Shown: positions 1 to 11,438 of the stretch, piece after piece
Layout: each line of letters opens with the position of its first letter
How positions within the stretch are numbered: position 1 is the first letter of the stretch
From: Macrostomum lignano
Lineage: Eukaryota
Length of the DNA: 64,000 bases
Reading direction: 5' to 3'
Assembly (NCBI GenBank): GCA_002269645.1
Contig: NIVC01002296.1
Location: 1 to 64,000 of the forward strand
Translations under genes and position numbers: made by a program
The notes under the pieces: generated by a model
What the model saw: the letters and a program-made list of their open reading frames with translations, nothing else
The model's database searches: none
Told to the model about the DNA's origin: nothing

Positions 1-456
1 TCAGCAGGAAGTGAAGAAAAGTTGGCGTGCGGGGTTCTGATAAAGTAGGTAGGCATTATGAGATATGCTAACATACCGTTTAACAAACACTAAGAAACAA
101 AAAAGCTAAAAAAACATTATTAACTCACTGGTTTTGCATTAAACTTGTGGCTTGGAAGATGCTTTCTCGTAGATGCAAACAGTGCTAGAGAACTAAATTA
201 GACTATCCAGCCAATGGATAAATAATCAGCGGTCCCAGTGCGTGACAACGATTGTCTGGCGAGCGCCGGTTATTTATCCATTGCTTGCAGTAATGGATTG
301 TTCTGCATTAAAAATGTGAATAATGATCGTCAAATTGCTAGACAATGCATTTCCTTCTATCTCAGTTGTCTATGCAAAAAATGCAGCTTTAAGCAAAATG
401 AAAAGTTAAATCTTTCGCGAGAACCAGAGCAACAGGAGGCCCAACCGCGGAGGCGG

Positions 457-2253
457 ATGGCAGCTGCGGCGGTCAGCCAGACCTGCAGAAAGGCTTCTAC
501 GAACAGCTGACCAGCGAGAATTGCACGCGGTGGGCGTCAGCATCAGCCTTCTGCTGCCGCTTGAAGCAAATGCGATGGCCGGATCTGTTGGTGGCGCTCT
601 TCGATGAAAATATTGACAAGCCCGATGCCATGAATAACTGGGCTCAGCAGACGATAAACACCAGGGCCTATGCGCCATTTCTGACACTTTCTGCGGCGAG
701 AATTTTCGCAGCTGTGGGCAGGTCATTGCGGAACGAAATTGCTACTGTTTATAACATCAGAGTGAATCAGCCGCAAGAGATTGCCAAACGCCTGAGCGAC
801 GAGTCGAAACGTTCGTGGCATCCGGACAGAGCAAACAACGCAATCTGTTCAGTATTGACTGCTGTAAAGGACCTCTCTTTGCGCGCCAAGTGTCTTCCTG
901 ACTTCGGCCTTCGAGCTCCATTGCATTGTTTGTGACATAAATCCACTCGTAAAAACATCAAGGAATTAATGAATTCCATAGAGCAAGACTGGGACCTCCT
1001 CATTCAAGGGCTGAGCAAATCTAGCAGCCAGAGCGTCGTGATAGTTGCATCGCTGAAGGCGCTACGAACACGATGGATCGACTACGAAACAGTAAAGAGA
1101 ATGCAAGCTGTTGCTGACTTTACGCAGACCGAGCGAAAGCTGGTGAAGACGTCCTGGCGGTTTTATTCAAGAACCGGAATTGGACCTGACAACTAAGGGT
1201 GAAGCACGGTCTAAGCATGGAGCTGAAGCCGCACGCAGATACTCTTGAGAAGATTTCGAAAACAAGCAAAGAGAGTCTCATAATTCGTCAAATATTCCCG
1301 CCGAAAAACAGAAGCCCGGACAGCGTTGTTCTATCCTTGACCAAAAAACTGGAGAAGTTCGTAAATGACTCAATTCCGTTGCACGAACAGCTTGGAAAGC
1401 TAAGTGATTTCCGTCATCGGACCAAGAGGCGGCGCGATCGCTCTGAGCAACTAATGCAGTACTATAATGCAATGTGCTCCAAGGAGATGAGCACGGAAAT
1501 CCTAGAGTCAAAGAACATCTCAACTGCTCTACTCGAACAGGCTTACGTAGTTTGAGCTTTCCAACAAGTTCGCTGAAGTTCAGTTAGGTCGAGTTCCGAG
1601 TTTTCTGAGGTCGAGCTTGCTGGAAATTGCACAGGCAGTTGGCAGAATCTCCGAGGAGCAGATGCGCCTATTTGAGCCCGGCTTTCCGTTAAGTGAGCGA
1701 GTGCCAGCTCAATGGACCGAGTGCGCTAGCAGTAGAACACTCTGGTTCGTGTTAGTTGGTACACACAGCATAGTGGAATCCAAGGAGCTGCTGAGTGACC
1801 TCAAAGACAGGAGCTCAAGAAGAGTCTGAAAATGTTTCGGAAAGCGAATTTGGTGAAGGAATTACCGAACGCCCTGGAAATCGACGAGCAGCTGCTGAAC
1901 CTGCGCAATGAGATAACCGAGTTGGCCAAGCCCCTGGTGGGCGAGGCCATGCAGACAAGCTACTGCGAGCTGCCTTCACAAATCTGCGCGGCCTAATGCT
2001 GGATTTAGTGAACGTGATCGCTACCAAACCAGTGCACGCTGAATTCAATTCGCTATTCAATGCGTTGGATGCCTATGCGAGAAATGTGTTGAATCAGACT
2101 GCAGAGATGGTGCAGGACGAGAAGAATTGGGATTCGATCGAAAAGGAGCTTATCGAGCTGACAGAGTCACTGCATGCTCGCGCAGTGGAGCTGTTTTGCT
2201 ACTCTGAGACTTTCAAACGACCCTGCCAGGGTTACATTCGCATTGGTTTCTGA
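457..2253 (+). pseudogene. Intronless ~600-aa unknown, probably helical protein, broken by about 5 frameshifts and one in-frame TGA (pseudogene or consensus errors)
   Basis: ORFs 561-935, 969-1196, 1199-1555, 1617-1829 and 1996-2253 abut and join into one reading frame from ATG 457. Most joins need a single base restored in a short homopolymer; the join near 1550 needs a different correction. TGA 933-935 is in frame with both neighbouring ORFs. No family recognised. Confidence 0.45.
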
Positions 2254-3116
2254 GTGGCCTTCGCGATCACCTGCTGACTCAGTCCATAATGAGGACAAAC
2301 TGTTGCATATTTTCTCAGTACGACGCTTTTCATTTCACTTTTTACCCTTCTGCTGCATCTCCTCAGATCCTGCAGCTTTGTTCGTTCAGTTTTATCGAAA
2401 TCAAAGCTGCGTCAAAATTTCCATTTGAGTTCTGAGAGAAGCTTGCGAATCCTGCGTTTAGAAGGTGTTGAAAACTTTGGCGCAGATTTGAATTTGCTCA
2501 ATTGGTTTTCAGGTGATTGGTGAATTAATGAAAAAACTAATGAATTACAATATCTCAAGCTCCGCTTTCTACTTGTATATTCACTTTAATTCAGTTTGCA
2601 CTGTCCATATAGCGCCATGAAATCAAGATTTGTGCAACGGGCATTTTGAAGCTTCTTAGAAACTTTAATTTTTGTAACAGGCGTAAAGTATCCGAATTTT
2701 TTTGAGTTCATGAGCTGTGGTCTTTGTTAAGCTATTGTCAATGTTCATATAATTAGTGTCGTTCAGAATGCCCTGCGCAAAGTTGATATTTTATGCAACG
2801 AGACTTCGTTTTGTGCTAATTTGAGAAAAACAATAGATCGATCCCATTTTTTATTTCCATGTGACTTTCGCGTTTTTATTCCTAAAATATTTAATTGATT
2901 TTATAACCAATTATCCAGTAGTTGCCAATTTAATAGGCTTTCAGTCAGTTATTGTTCTAGCAAATAAACATTCGATATTCGTTGCATTTCGTAGATTTTC
3001 GTTTCAAATTTGCGGCTTTTCCCACGTTTTTTGGGCATTCTATTACAGCAGTCAAAACCAGCAATATGTCACCTCATTCAGTCAGTCCTATTTCTCCTGA
3101 CTTGGTCGCTGCAAGT

Positions 3117-3688
3117 CCCTCTGCTAAGCTCCCATCAAGACTATCAGCCCTCTGCTAAGCTCCCATCAAGACTCTCAGCCCTCTGCTAAGCTCCCATCAA
3201 GACTCAGCCCTTCTGCTAAGCTCCCATCAAGACTCAATCTTCTGCTAAGCTCCCATCAAGACTCAGCCCTCTGCTAAGCTCCCATCAAGACTCAATCTTC
3301 TGCTAAGCTCCATCAAGACTCAATCTTCTGCTAAGCTCCCATCAAGACTCAATCTTCTGCTAAGCTCCCATCAAGACTCAATCTTCTGCTAAGCTCCCAT
3401 CAAGACTCAATCTTCTGCTAAGCTCTCAATCTTCTGCTAAGCTCCAATCAAGACTCAATCTTCTGCTAAGCTCCCATCAAGACTCATCGAGCCCTCTGCT
3501 AAGCTCCCATCAAGACTCATCGAGCCCTCTGCTAAGCTCCATCAAGACTCATCGAGCCCTCTGCTAAGCTCCCATCAAGACTCAGCCCTCTGCTAAGCTC
3601 CCATCAAGACTCAGCCCTCTGCTAAGCTCCCATCAAGACTCAATCTTCTGCTAAGCTCCCATCAAGACTCAATCTTCTGCTAAGCTTC
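3117..3688. repeat. Minisatellite, ~28-bp unit (ctctgctaagctcccatcaagactcaat)
   Basis: About 20 head-to-tail copies visible. Confidence 0.95.
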
Positions 3689-4554
3689 CATAATTTATCA
3701 ATAGTTGTAGATACCTTACAGTGTAAAGTAAAACTGTGAAGCTTAAACTGCTACTCAAAACTTAGATCTTGAGTTCAGCGGTTTCTAGGGTGTAAATATA
3801 TTATTTCTACATCTGCTGCATTCAAATTTGAACCAGAAGCAACAAAATTGACAAATTGTTAATCAATTCTGACACAATAACAAAACGAATTGGATTCCAA
3901 TCAATTGTGGCAGCTTTGGCAGCACCAAAATCGGATTCCTTATCAATTTTGACTATCTTCATGTCAATAACGACAATTTGCATTAAATGTTGACGCCGTG
4001 TATTCAGTTTTGACAGAATGCCTAATACATTGCATTTTTTGTTGTCGCAAATCACAATTTCTTGTATGTACATTTGGTAATTGTTCTTTAAAAACTAAAA
4101 GCAAAGAATGTAACTGGTTAATAAAAATTAAGTAAGGCATTCCCTTTGTCGGAAGCTCTTGTTCTGAGCAATGCTTAGCAATGCTTCAGGTGCGGAGAGC
4201 TCGCGAAGCTGCCTCTGAGCAAATAGTTGAAAGTCTGATGTCTATAGGTTTAACTAGGCGATTCAACCACAACATAGGACCAAAGACCAGCTGATAAAAT
4301 CCCAGCCACCAGCATCTCACTCAACAAAGTTCAGCATCTCAGCATCACCCCCCCCAGACATCCCTTACACATCGTTCCCCTCAGCATCATTATCCCTGAT
4401 CACTGACAGCACTACCACACAGTATCCGTGAGTCCCGCTCAATTCTATAAATTGGTGTAAAATTATTGAATACTCTCTAGTAGCAATAGAGATTTTATTA
4501 GCCTTCAAGCAGGTAAGTAAATATAAATGTGTTTTGACGAAATGTAGTATGAAA

Positions 4555-4918
4555 TATTATTTTATTAGAGGCAGGGGCTGTGTGCACCCTGGTGCACTTT
4601 CAGCGACATTGCAATTGTCACAACCGGCGAGAGGCGCAGGCACAGAGCAGGCCCACAAGCGCGCAGATACATACGCAGTCATACGCACAGGCACACACAC
4701 TCATATATACACTCGCATAGAGCGAACCCAACTTTATTCATCGTGAGGCATGTACACTTCACTGTACATTGGGGGTTGGCCCTCCATGGGGTTAATTACA
4801 CGAGCAGAGCCAAGCCGAGATATCCCAATTTAGCCCCAAGTTAATGTGACTTCACTTGGAATCGAGCCTGGGCCGCTGGCACATCAGAGCGCCGCGCTGG
4901 ACCACTGGGCTGCGCCCC
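4555..4918 (-). mobile_element. tRNA-derived SINE-like element
   Basis: Minus strand starts ggggcgcagcccagtgg (A-box-like), has ggctcgattcc (B-box-like) about 45 nt later, then a non-tRNA body and an aataaaataata tail near 4555-4570. Confidence 0.5.
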
Positions 4919-5006
4919 TTCGATGCCTCACAATGAATTCCAAATAACTTTTGACGCACGTGGTGGACTCGAACCACCGCTAGTTCATTTCGATGTGTCT
5001 GGACAT

Positions 5007-5335
5007 CAAAGGGCCTGTCAACTTAATTGCTCATAAAGTGGAGCCGAGTAACCTATGTACAAAAATGATGCGTCATTCTGCTCACAGTGACACCAGGAAG
5101 CAGGATTGAACTTAAGACAACAAGCAATGGGGATAATTAGGGACTATTTTGTCAACTTAAGCTCCTAAAGTAGAGTCCCTAATTATCCCCTTGCTTGCTC
5201 TCCCTATCCAAGTCAATTTTCGTCGCTTTTTACCAAACTCAGCTTCCTGGTGTCATTGTGAGCAGAATGACATATCATTTCTGTGCATAGGTTACTCGAA
5301 CTCCACTTTATGAGCTTAAGCTGACAGGCCCTTTG
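5007..5335. mobile_element. MITE with ~90-bp terminal inverted repeats and a nested internal hairpin
   Basis: caaagggcctgtca...caccaggaag (5007-5100) is the imperfect reverse complement of 5244-5335. An internal IR caagcaatggggataattagggac / gtccctaattatccccttgcttg is also present. No TSD found. Confidence 0.65.
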
Positions 5336-5735
5336 CTAGCAGTAAATCTCGAGTCCAATTGCCATCAAGCGACTTCCGTATTCATATGTTACGCTTGTAA
5401 AAATGTCTGTAAGTCTGTAAGGGCCAGCAACCAGACTGATTCCGCTGCCATGCCAGTCAGTTTGTCATCAGATAATTACACTCGATTATTTTTTGAGCCG
5501 GAAAGGCTCAATTTTTCGCTCTACAGTTGAAGGGCAATTTAGCTATTTACATGCATTCAGTAGATACTCTCGTATACGTGGAATGAGTTTTGCTAACTTG
5601 GTGGACAAGCTGCATACTATGCATGCATCTACAAAATGCGCTCAAACTCAGTATAAAGCTACAGTATAAAGTCCGGCTAAAACTGTCGAATTCTCTGAAA
5701 GATTCTCAGAAAGCCCCGGTTTGCCTGGAGAGAGC

Positions 5736-7598
5736 ATGTCTGCAAGGAAAGCGGTGGAGGACGCCATTGCTAGCAGCTCTGCTCATGGCATCAGCAGAGC
5801 AGTCGGTTCAAGGTCGCCAGTCCTGAGGGTCATGTGGACGCTTCTCTTCTTTGTATTTTTAATTCTGTGCTGCAAAAGCGCGTCGAACATGGTGGACAGG
5901 CTCATCAACATCTCAAAACCTACGAGTCTGATGCGGTGTCGTTCGAGACTCCCGACCTGTACTTCTGCCCGAATCTACTCAGGTAGCATTCCATACACAC
6001 TGACGTCGTTTAATTATAAATGAAGAAGTCGAAGGCTGAGCAAGCTATATGACGAGCTCTACTGCGCCAATAGCCCGACTTTTGTACTCGAGGAGAGGAT
6101 GCCACGTTTCGAAGAGTAGCCCGAATCCAGCTGTCCATGCCAGTGCAAATCCTCAGCAAGAACTTGCTGCAGCATGAGAACCAGTCCTTTCTTGTGTGGC
6201 CGTTCAACCTGTACCAGACCTACTCGGAGGACATCGACTACGCCGACCGAGCTGTCTTCATACACCCGGACAACAGCATCTGCTTCAAGGTGACTGTGCC
6301 GGAAAAAAATTCAGAGAGCCTGTGCTACAAGCGAGCTGTTCTCTATTCGATGCTGTTTGTTGATCCGCACATTCCCGAGTTAGTTTATTCTGGAGCAGAG
6401 ATCAGGCCAATAGTGAACCCGTGGCTCAACGAGAGAATTCCGTTTCAATTCTGGCAAGCCAACCGTCGCTACCATAGCGTGGAGAGTCTGGGATTCACTC
6501 TGCAGGTGGTTCCCAAGGGAACGTACCCGTCCATGCTGCACGAGACCAAGCTAAGTCTGGCGGCTGGGAGATCTTATCACGTGACTATCAGCATGGAAGA
6601 GACAATTCATAGTCCGGAACTCTACGGCAAGTACTGCAATCCCAACCAGGAAGTTGCCATCTTCCAGAACCAACTTACTGGTGAAAGACAGGAGTTTAAA
6701 AGCAGCAGAGCGTCCTGCTTCTACACAAGAATGAACAGTCTGCTGCAGAAAAAGTTCCAGTTTGTGTTTTCCCTGTACCCGAAACCTTGGAGTCTGAGGA
6801 ACGTACCCAGATTCGAAAATATGACCGAGATCGGCATAAAGAAGCTTTCAGTTGCAAATTTATCCCTGCATGAGGTTCGATATTTCATTGATAGTCACAC
6901 ACAGAAGGTAGTAAACGATTGCTTGAAAGAGCAACCTTGTGTATATAATGAATACACTGCGACCTCCACGTCCGTGAAGTGGCCGCGTGCTGGCCGACCG
7001 CTCGCCCAATGGTTCGTGAGAGAATATGATAAAGACATCGGACTTCGAGCACACCCGGAGTACTCTTTTTATGGCCGCCCTGCTACTAAGCAACTGGTCA
7101 AACTGTCAAAACGGATTCTGCTAGGCAAGAACCATTTATTTCCTGAATAATGTTATCTTTATCATCGAGGTTTTGCATATACAAGGAATTATCAAAGTAC
7201 ATATTTGAATCTTCTTTTTAGACAACTGCACAGCTCATGAAAAGCTCCTGTTCAAGAACTTTGTTGAGGAGTCTATGATAGAGGTCAAGATTGCCGTGAA
7301 AAGTCATCAGTCAGCGAGGATTGTCATTGCCTACTCCTACTCGTGGACGGCCTTCCTTGCAGACGTCGGCGGCCTCCTCGGCCTGTACATCGGCTGTAGC
7401 CTGCTCACGGTCTGCGAGCTGCTGGAGCTGGCCTACCACTTGCTGAGCGGCATTTCTACTGCAGCTCAGACTGGCCGTCAGGGGCGGGAGTCCGACGACA
7501 AAGATCCGACAGCGGTCGCCATTGGCGTCAGCAAAACTGAGAGCGGAGAGTGCGTAATAAATATTGATGAGATGAGTGCGCTGCCGGATGCACAATAA
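5736..7598 (+). CDS. DEG/ENaC (ASIC-like) sodium channel subunit; 5' part frameshifted; two exons (5736-7124, 7222-7598)
   Basis: N-terminal HG motif (SSAHGISR) and TM1, post-TM1 ETPDLYFCP, Cys-containing ectodomain (ORF 6137-7150), TM2 AFLADVGGLLGLYIGCSLLTVCELLE. A phase-1 GC-AG intron 7125-7221 joins the frames. Confidence 0.85.
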
Positions 7599-8055
7599 AA
7601 ACCAGAGGTAGAAAAGAAAGTACAATCCGTAATCACAGTCCTTCTACATAATGTATTGTACAGTGTACGTCTCGTTTTATCTTTAATTCAAATTCTTTTG
7701 TAGATAGATACATGTACATGTAATTTAGCAATCTTAATATGCATTTTGGCATTGCCTATAGCTAATGTTCCTCTCTGGAGGTTAAGCTGCAACATGTACC
7801 TGCAACTGCGCTGAAGTTACATGTATATTTTTTTACTTGTATTGTAGGAATTATACTGCTCCATATGCTTGCAGGCTCGTCCCAGGTCTGAAATTTCTTC
7901 CTAGGTTACATATTCAAGTATATTTTCCCTTCGAGACCCGTTTTCAACTCTATATTCGTAGTAATTTCCAAGACCTGTTATATTAATCTTTATCTGTTCG
8001 ATTACTTTGGCCTAGTACTTGTTCTGGGGATTTGCCTATCCCTTAACATATTTAA

Positions 8056-8987
8056 CAGTAGGAATACCAAGCCATTTTTCCGCCCCTCGAACTACCAAGG
8101 GGGGGGAATTCCCCCCCCCTGACAATTTTTTTGCTGCGCCGGAACGGAGCAACGCAGGCACACGAAATTCACGGGCCAACTTTTTTGCGCACCTTCTCAA
8201 ACAAGAATCAAGTCGCTAGCCCTTCGGACCGTCGAGATATTCGGCGATTCTGCCAGAAGGTCGGATTTTTCCCATAAGCGCTAGTGTATTCAGTACACCC
8301 CTGTGCGCCAATCAGCACTGCGTCTCAGCACGGCGTCGGGGTGATGGCTGAATGCTTGACTGACTAGCTGAGAATGTCCAGCAGTTGATTTTTGCCCACT
8401 GTCGAGGCTTGATCAGCGAAACTAGAGAAATTCTTATCAGGCTGTCCATAGTCATCTGTGTAATCTGTTGAAGGAGCCGACGGCGTCGGGATGATGACGG
8501 AATGCTTGAGAGACTAGCTGAGAATGTCTGACGGTTGATTCTTGCCCACTGTCGAGGCTTGATCGGCGAAACTAGAGACATCCGCATCAGGGTGTCCATA
8601 GTCACCTGGTGCCACATCTGTTGAGGGTCCAGAAGCTCCACCTGGGTGAAGGCTAGTGACCAACGAAGTCAGAACTGATGCAGACACATGTGGTCGACGT
8701 GCTGATGAAATTTGGAGACTTGGCAAGGCTGCACTGAGACGCAGTGCTGATTGGCGCACAGGGGTGTACTGAATACACTAGCGCTTATGGGGAAAATCCG
8801 ACCTTCTTGCAGAATCGTCGAATATCTCGACGGTCCGAAGGGCTGGCGACTTGATTCTTGTTTGAGAAGGTGCGCAACAAAAATTTAGCCCGTGTTCTTG
8901 AATTTCGTGTGCCTGCGTTGCTCCGTTCCGGCGCAGCAAAAAAATTGTCAGGGGGGGAATTTTCCTCCCCCCTTGGTAGTTCTACTG
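8056..8987. mobile_element. Non-autonomous TTAA-flanked DNA transposon with ~240-bp inverted arms (piggyBac-like)
   Basis: 8089-8329 is the reverse complement of about 8737-8982. TTAA at 8052-8055 and 8988-8991. Interior has two ~150-bp tandem units. Confidence 0.7.
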
Positions 8988-9033
8988 TTAATATGAAGTA
9001 TCAGGCATATACTATTAGGTATATAACGTCACC

Positions 9034-9238
9034 TAGGGGCGGATTTAGGTGGAGGCGCACAGGGCGCACACCCCGGTCGAGTTTGAGTTTTGTATTTTTT
9101 ATGGAAAATGCACACATTATCGAGTCCATAGTAGTCCTTGACATATACATGTACATGATATATATACATGACATGGTACATATATTACCTTATAGCAATC
9201 TGCGCCCCTCCAGTCAAAATTTTCTGGATCCGCACCTA
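9034..9238. mobile_element. Short MITE with TAGGGGCGGAT-type termini (hAT-like)
   Basis: taggggcggatttag ... ctggatccgcaccta, imperfect 15-bp TIR; no TSD seen. Confidence 0.45.
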
Positions 9239-9254
9239 CACTAACGCTGCAGTA

Positions 9255-9640
9255 CCCTAGAGGACATTCTGTTTCTCAAACTTAGCAGATCTTGTCTCTG
9301 TGCCATTCTTAGAAGATCTTCTCAATCTGCTCGGTTCTTGCAGGATCTTCTAAGATGGAGGTACATTTGTTTTGTTATTCATTTGGCTAAAGTGTTCTAG
9401 CTGAACAATATTTTATTTTATGACAATATATGGCAATAAATTTAAGAAAATATGCGATTCGAAGCTATAAAAAGATATAAAAGCTAAGATATTGTACGAT
9501 GTAGCAAGTCTCTCAGATCTGGTAAGTTTACCTAAGTATTATTATAGCAAAGATCTTGCACTTTCTTGCAAGTACTTGCGCAGCAACCCAAGATTATAGA
9601 CAAGTTCTGCTAAGAATCAACAAGTCAATGTCTTCTAGGG
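9255..9640. mobile_element. MITE, CCCTAG...CTAGGG termini, TA flanks
   Basis: ta|ccctagaggacatt...cttagcagatcttgtct is inverted against agacaagttctgctaag...aatgtcttctaggg|ta. Confidence 0.6.
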
Positions 9641-11438
9641 TAATCATCGACTAACCGGCATTGAGTAGTTACATGTAGTTCAGAAATACATGTAACTACT
9701 TTTGGTGGTCGTTGCATTGACCAAGGACCACTGTATATAACAGGACGTAAAACTCGAAGATCGTGTAAATTTTTAGGAGGTTGATTTCCTGGAAAAATAC
9801 ACGTGCATATAAATGTACATGTGCATAAATGTACGTAGGAGAAGTCCTTGGTACTGTTACGTGGTAGCTAATGATTACATGTTTATGTTAAGATCCGAGA
9901 GAATTACGCGCGTAAATAGACAAAGAAGACCCTGATTTACATGCCTACGGGCTTCATGCAGGGCAGGGCCTTGGGTATTGTAAACCCAAGGCATGGTCGT
10001 TTGATTTCAATAGTGTGAATTTTGGATATCTGTTTTAACCGGTGAGTCGGGCCAGATTTATTTAATCGTGATGAGTGAGCCAACAATACATATGCAAGTT
10101 TCTAGAGCAAAAGTGGACCGAGTGCACAAAAGTAGCTAGCAAAATACTTTGTTAATTTTCATCGAAAATATTCGATTTTCTTAGACAGAACAGTCGGGAG
10201 GCGTAGCGACATAGCGTGCACCGCACGTCCGGCGGCCTCGCCCATTTGATTAAATATGCATTAATTGTTTTTTTTATTTGTCAAAGACAATGATTTTGGT
10301 ATAAGAAGCTTAAGCACCTTGTCTTTCCGTAAAAGATGGTGGACTTCACTTCATTGATCATTCATGACCCTCATGATGATCCCTTCAGCACCTTAATTTG
10401 CAGTTCTTTAAAGTAGACTAAAATAGTAGCTGGGCCTAGGCTATCCGCTATCAGAACAATTTAGGCCTATTTCCTTTGAAATAGGCCTAATAGGCCCTAC
10501 CATAAAAATCGCTAGGAGTTATTTTCTTTGTTACTGAATGAAAGTAACTTGACTAGGCCTAGAAGTAGATTTTTGAAAGTTTTGTTGTTTCATTCAAATG
10601 CCATGCCCATAGTTATGATAGTTTGTATGGTGAATATTTCAAAGTATTATTTTCTTATGCTAGTGGCAGCAAAATAAAGTAAAGATACTCTAAATATAGC
10701 AGCCAGTGTCATAGATATTTTAGGTCTATATAAAAATAAAGATTAAGCCCTATTAATATTATACTACAAGTATATTGCATAATACTAGGCCAATACTAAT
10801 AGCTATATAAGCCTAATGCAATAAGCCAACTAGGGCTGATTTCATATCAAATATATAGATATTGCCTTGCCTAAGTAAGTAGTAAAGGCCTGGAAAAAGG
10901 CCATAGTTTAGATTTAGATAGGCCTAGTGTATTAGTAAATGCTAGAAAAAAGTAGAATCTCATTTTGTATATATTAGGCCTATAGCTAGACCAATTGATA
11001 AAAATGTTAAAAAGTCAACTAGTACCCATGTTATATATATATGCTAGGATATATATTAATATATGCTAAAAAATAGCAAGCACCCTTGTTGTATGCAAGA
11101 AAATCATAGCATATATTTATATCATTAAGTAATTTATATTTGCTTTTTTTATTTGGTAGTTTAAGCAACCTTACTAAATAGAAATTAGTACTCAATTAAT
11201 GCCCATTCTGGTACAGACTGAACAAGCGGAGGCTGCTAACCAGATTTGCTTATTATTTTGCTTTCAAAGATTATGTTGGAAATGTTTTCTTTGGGCTATT
11301 GCTCTTTTATATTGGTCTTTATCTTTTTATTTTTAAGGTTGTATTTGGTCAATATATTGCCATTTATATGCTATTATATAAAAGCTTTGGTGACCACCCC
11401 ATTTGATGTTATTTTATCCTTGGGTTTCTTGTCCTTAA

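Noticed and set aside
933-935. In-frame TGA as selenocysteine or readthrough
   Set aside because: The same ORF has several frameshifts, so error or decay is simpler; no SECIS identified
3822-4073. 83-aa minus-strand ORF
   Set aside because: Short, AT-rich, no recognisable motif or splice context
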